From Patescibacteria group bacterium (GTDB lineage: Bacteria; Patescibacteriota; WWE3; UBA101185; UBA10185), in the NCBI GenBank assembly GCA_026004595.1, contig BPJL01000002.1, forward strand, positions 1,431 to 65,430: DNA of 64,000 bases, given 5' to 3'. Position numbers and translations under genes: made by a program. Positions 59,587 to 64,000 of the stretch are shown in pieces (the stretch's first letter is position 1; each line of letters begins with the position of its first letter). Below the pieces are notes generated by a model. It made no database searches. It was not told where the DNA came from and worked only from the letters and a program-made list of their open reading frames with translations.

Positions 59587-61199
59587 TTACTGCTCACCTG
59601 CGGCCAAAGTATTATTGAGTGTAACTAATGCATTTAGTGCGTTCGGGTCGCCTGGATTTAGCTCAAGAGTTTTTTCCCACATTTCTTTTGCTGTGGCATA
59701 ATCCTTTTTATAGAAAGCTATTACCCCCAATTTGTAAGTTGCTCCATAGAGACGTGGGTTCATTTTGTATGATTCGTAAAGGTAGTACCACGCGTTGTCA
59801 TAGTCTCCTTTCTGAAGGTAAACGAATCCAAGGTTGTGTACCGCGTCGGCGAAGGATGGGTCAAGTGCTATTGATTTTTTGAAGTTTTCAATTGCCAGAT
59901 CGTACTTTCCTTCCTTTGCGTAAACGTCGCCGAGGTTGTTATACACTCCTAAAGCTGTAAGGAGAAACCTTTTGAGTGGCATGCCAAAGATTGCTGGTGT
60001 TTAGAAGGTCTTGGGTTCTTATAAGCTGTTCTGACTGTGTAGAACGTTAGAAGCAGGGGCAACTGCATAACGGGAGAAATATTTGATGCCGGTATATTTT
60101 TCCAAATATGGAATTAAAAAAGCCAAGATTAAGCAGGAATGCGGCCGTTGACATATACAGATATCTTTCAGCGATGAACCAAGCTATTGCAACCGGGCTG
60201 AATGAAGGCAAGGTCGCTATAAAAATTAGTAACAGCAATCCTGCTACATAACTCGCCTTTTTGTAAAGTTTTACGGCTGATATAATGATAGCCAAAGATA
60301 TCGCAATCATTGCTATGTAGGATACAATACTAATGTAACACACCTTCGTGGTACACAGTAAGGGGTATGGGCCACAGCAGAAGTTTCGCTATAGTGTAGA
60401 TTATGTAGGGGGAGCGGTTTAGGATCGGTTGTCGCAGTGTATATGGATCGTAGTAATAGTCTTGTCTGAGTGCTGTAACTCTTTCTTTAAAACCTCCAAA
60501 AATTTCTCTATAACCAAATATTGCAGCTATAATAAAGAATGGGATAAGCCAAAGTCCGCTTTTGAAATTAAACTTTTTTCCCAGGATAAGCTGGTCGAAT
60601 ACTAAAATTGAAAAAGGTACCGTCAAAACCCAAGCGTTCCTTAATAAGATTTACCATTAGCAAAAAAATCCCAATTTCTGCTGCGTAGTAAGATTTTTTA
60701 TTTGTTCTCTTAAACAAGGTGTGGAATATAAATATGTTGAGTGTGAAGAAAAGCAGATGGATTGTAATGAACTGCCGAAATCCAGCCCACTGCCTCGCTC
60801 GCCAAAGGATGTGAAGCAAACAACAGGCTTGCTATAAGTGCTTTTTCCTTTCCGAACACGGTGTATGTGAAGATGAATAGAGTGGACTACAGTAAGGAAA
60901 TGGAGAAAGACCGATACCAAATGAAAAGCACCGGGTTTTCATACCAAATAAAAGATGGGTAGTTGCTATTTGCATGTCGTACAATTTTAGGCTGCTAAAC
61001 ATTTTTTCCCACGTTTCCAATGTCAGGGTTGTATAAGATTCCTTTTTCATCATCCATGTTCAAAAATTGGCCCCGCGCTAGATTTCCATATGCTAAAGCA
61101 ACGATCGCAAACAAGATGAAAAATGTCAGATAATTATTTTTGGTGATTTTGAAAAATGTCTCTTAGTGATGTAACTTCTTTATGAGAAGCGTTTTCCAA
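59587..61199 (-). CDS. TMTC-like GT-C glycosyltransferase with C-terminal TPRs, broken by several indels
   Basis: Across frames: AYGNLARGQFLNMDD, FHLVSVFLH, FASHPLASEAVGWI, IAERYLY, then TPRs (YNNLG, VHNLG). Confidence 0.72.
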
Positions 61200-61232
61200 T
61201 ACCCAGATATTATATACAGATATTAAAAATTA

Positions 61233-61784
61233 ATGGGAATAAAAAGGAATATTTACGAAATAGTTGAATCTTTTGTTACAATCTCTTTTGGTTGTCCTTA
61301 TTTTGTACATGACGATAGGATCTGTGGAGGTTGTTTGGGGAGCAAGCATGGAGCCAAATTTTAAGTCCGGTGAAAGAATTCTTGTGGATAAAATTACAAA
61401 GAGTTTTAAGGACTATCAAAGGGGCGAGGTGGTGGGTGTTAGTTCCGCCTACGGAAACATCAAGACACTATATAAAGAGAATTATCGGTTTGCCCGGTGA
61501 CATAATGAAGGTGTTTGAATGCAAAATTTATATCTATCGTGATGGAAAGCAATTCGTTCTTGATGAGGATTATCTAGAACCTCGAGATTGTACAGAAGGT
61601 GGCTCTCAATTTTTGGAGGAGGGGCGTTCCCTAAAGATTCCTGAAGGGCATTATGTGGTTATGGGTGACAACAGAAGTAACTCTTTGGACTCCAGATTTT
61701 TTGGATTGGTTGATAGGTCAGAGATAGTTGGGGAGGGTTGTATTCCGTTTCTGGCCTCCGAACAAAGCGGGATTTATAAATTAG
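61233..61784 (+). CDS. lepB: Signal peptidase I (bacterial P-type), broken by indels
   Basis: GASMEPN, YIKRIIGLPGD, MGDNRSNSLDSR, FRFWP across frames. Confidence 0.9.
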
Positions 61785-61787
61785 ATG

Positions 61788-61816
61788 TTGACAACAATTT
61801 GACTATATGATAGTTT
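61788..61816 (+). promoter_or_regulatory. rpoB promoter
   Basis: TTGACA-N17-TAGTTT with extended TG. Confidence 0.6.
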
Positions 61817-62001
61817 TCGCCTTGTTTAAAAGCATTTCCAATATTTTTTGAAAATAGACTAAAATGGTCAGTTTTCTGTTGGAAAAGGCAATTTCCCTGT
61901 CAGGAAGAATATGGCCGCTTCTGCGGGAATAGCGGGTAAAATTCATAAAATGTCGTTTTTTGTAGTAAATTATCTTTGCGGCCATTTTAGGGGAAAACCT
62001 A

Positions 62002-64000
62002 ATGAGAGAAACTTTTTCTAAACGTAAAATAGCTCTAAATTTACCAAACTTAGCTGATATTCAATTAAATTCGTACAACTGGCTCAAAACTGAGGGACTA
62101 AAAGAGATACTTGAGGAATTGGGCACAGTAAGAGGATAGTTCGGGAAGGAGGGTGGGTGGTCACACTTTCTGATCCGCAGATTGACAAAGAGAATATATC
62201 CATTCAGGAAGCTAAAAGAACGGGAAGAACTTATGATGCTCCTTGGTATGGTGAAGGCAACGATAGAAGATCCCATAACAAAAAATAAGAAAACAGCCAA
62301 TATTTATATGGGCGATTTGCCTCTTATGACAGAGAGGGAACCTTTATTATAAGCGGTGTTGAGAGGACTATTGTTAATCAGCTCATAAGGGCGGAAGGTG
62401 TTCTCTTACGGGAGAGACCTCTCCAATTACAGGCCAGTTTCTTGCAGGAGCTAAGATACTGCCCAAAAGCGGAGTTTGGCTTGAGTTTGAAACCTCCAGA
62501 AACGGAGTTCTCAGCGTAAGGATAGATAGAAAAAGAAAAATCTCTGCGACGACCTTATTGAGAGTGTTCGGACTCGAAGAAGACGAAGATATAAGGAAGG
62601 CATTTGAGAGTGTTGAGACGAACCCCGAAATAAATTACACAAATGAAACCCTGGCAAAAGATCCTGCCGCAAGTTTCGAGGAGGCTTGTTTGGAAATATA
62701 TAGAAAAATGAGGCCCGGGGAGCCGCTCGTGCTGGAAAACGCCAAGGCGCTTGTGAATGCAATGTTTTTCAACAAGAGAAGGTTCAGTATGGGGCCATGT
62801 CGGAAGATTTAAGCTGAATAAATCTCTCGGATTGAATATCCCCAATGATCCTGACCACAGGCTTTTAACCTTGGAGGATTTAATAAAGATAGTTTCAAAA
62901 ATAATAGAGCTCAATAATGAGTCGGGGTGCCGGATGATGTGGACTTTTTGGGTAATAGAAGAGTCAAAAGTGTAGGTGAGTTGCTCCAGTGGCAAATGAG
63001 GATAGGTTTTTTGAGAATGGAGAAGAACATTAAAGAAAGGATGTCTCTTTCTCCGAGAGACATATTGCCCGATCCTTCTGTTTTGATTTCTCCCCGAGCT
63101 ATAGCAGCCGCTGTCCACAGCTTTTTTGCCACCGGGCAATTATCACAGCTTCACGATCAACAAAAATCCGCTAACCGCCCTTGACCATTTGCGAAGACTC
63201 TCGGTTTTGGGTCCGGGTGGTTTAACTAAGGAAAGGGCCAGCTTTTCAGTTAGAGATGTTCATTACAGTTCATTTGGTCGAGTTTGTCCAGTCAGAACGC
63301 CGGAAGGTCCAAATATCGGTCTTATAAATTATCTTGCCTCCTATGCAAAAGTTAATGAATATGGGTTTTTGGAAACCCCATATATAAAACTAGAGAAAAC
63401 TCCTAATGGTGAGGTCAGACTTACGGACCAAATTGTTTACCTTGCCGCTTACGACGAGGAAGATGTACATATTACCGACCAGTCTGTTAGCATAAATGGA
63501 AGAGGGAATAATAATCGACAAACAGGTTCCGTTAAGAAAGGCCGGTAACTTCTTTTTAGGGGATGTATCCTTGGCGCAATACATTGAGGTTGTTCCGAGA
63601 CAGGTTGTGGGTATTGCCGCCGGTCTTATACCTTTTTTGCAAAATAATGATATAGCGCGCGCTTTGATGGGAACTCAGCAAATGTCTCAAGCAGTTCCCC
63701 TGGTTAAGCCCGAGAAGCCTATTGTCGGAACAGGAATAGAGAAAGATATAGCTTACAATACCAACGCTCTCATCGTAGCAGAGGACGATGGATTTGTTGA
63801 ATTTGCTGATGCTACAAAAGTGGTGGTTAATTATGGCAAGGGCGGAAGAAATCAAAAGTTGAGTATAAGGCAGCGAAATTTGAACAAACAAACAGCGACA
63901 CTTGTTTTAATCAATATGTAGTTGTTGAAACAGGGCAAAAAGTCAAGAAGGGGCGATGTTCTTGTGGAAGGCCCCGCCGTCAATGAAGGTGAGCTCGCCA
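62002..64000 (+). CDS. rpoB: RNA polymerase beta subunit, 5' part, broken by indels, runs off the window
   Basis: [57 protein letters not shown]. Confidence 0.96.

Noticed and set aside
57024-64000. secA, lepB and rpoB as pseudogenes or programmed frameshift genes
   Set aside because: Essential genes with intact motifs and many scattered single-base indels; assembly error is far more likely
1-64000. CRISPR array, IS element, intein or self-splicing intron
   Set aside because: No spaced repeats or transposase seen; recA and other core genes are normal length
1-64000. Alternative genetic code (TGA read as Gly)
   Set aside because: TGA ends pepF, nusA and pnp at expected positions, long genes have no in-frame TGA, and RF2 is present

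Overview
Bacterial chromosome segment, genetic code 11. It is most consistent with a Patescibacteria/CPR genome of the Microgenomates/WWE3 type; this is inferred from gene content (short IF2, archaeal-type AspRS, protease-less Lon, membrane-tethered Clp ATPase, VLG-motif surface protein). Most of the window is housekeeping: tRNA-Glu, lysS, greA, secDF, recJ, aspS, gltX, recA/recX/rny/ymdB, hup, nusA/infB, rpsO/pnp, rnj, ftsK, prfB, the infA-rpsI ribosomal cluster, serS, secA, lepB and rpoB. The main discovery is a c-di-GMP-II riboswitch (8328-8398) with compensatory base pairs. It overlaps an intrinsic terminator, giving ON-switch logic, directly upstream of a 1695-aa surface protein and its sortase. 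That protein has an internal LPATG sorting signal followed by a second signal-peptide-like segment, suggesting a polyprotein. Other highlights are an unannotated 32-aa protamine/H1-like peptide with its own promoter, SD and terminator; a radC-tasA-like-sipW-membrane Clp operon opposite an XRE regulator; several structured leaders; and pervasive -10 boxes right next to start codons. Frameshifts cluster at 0.6-3.8 kb and 56-64 kb, including in secA and rpoB, and look like assembly indel errors. All calls come from reading the sequence; no searches were run.
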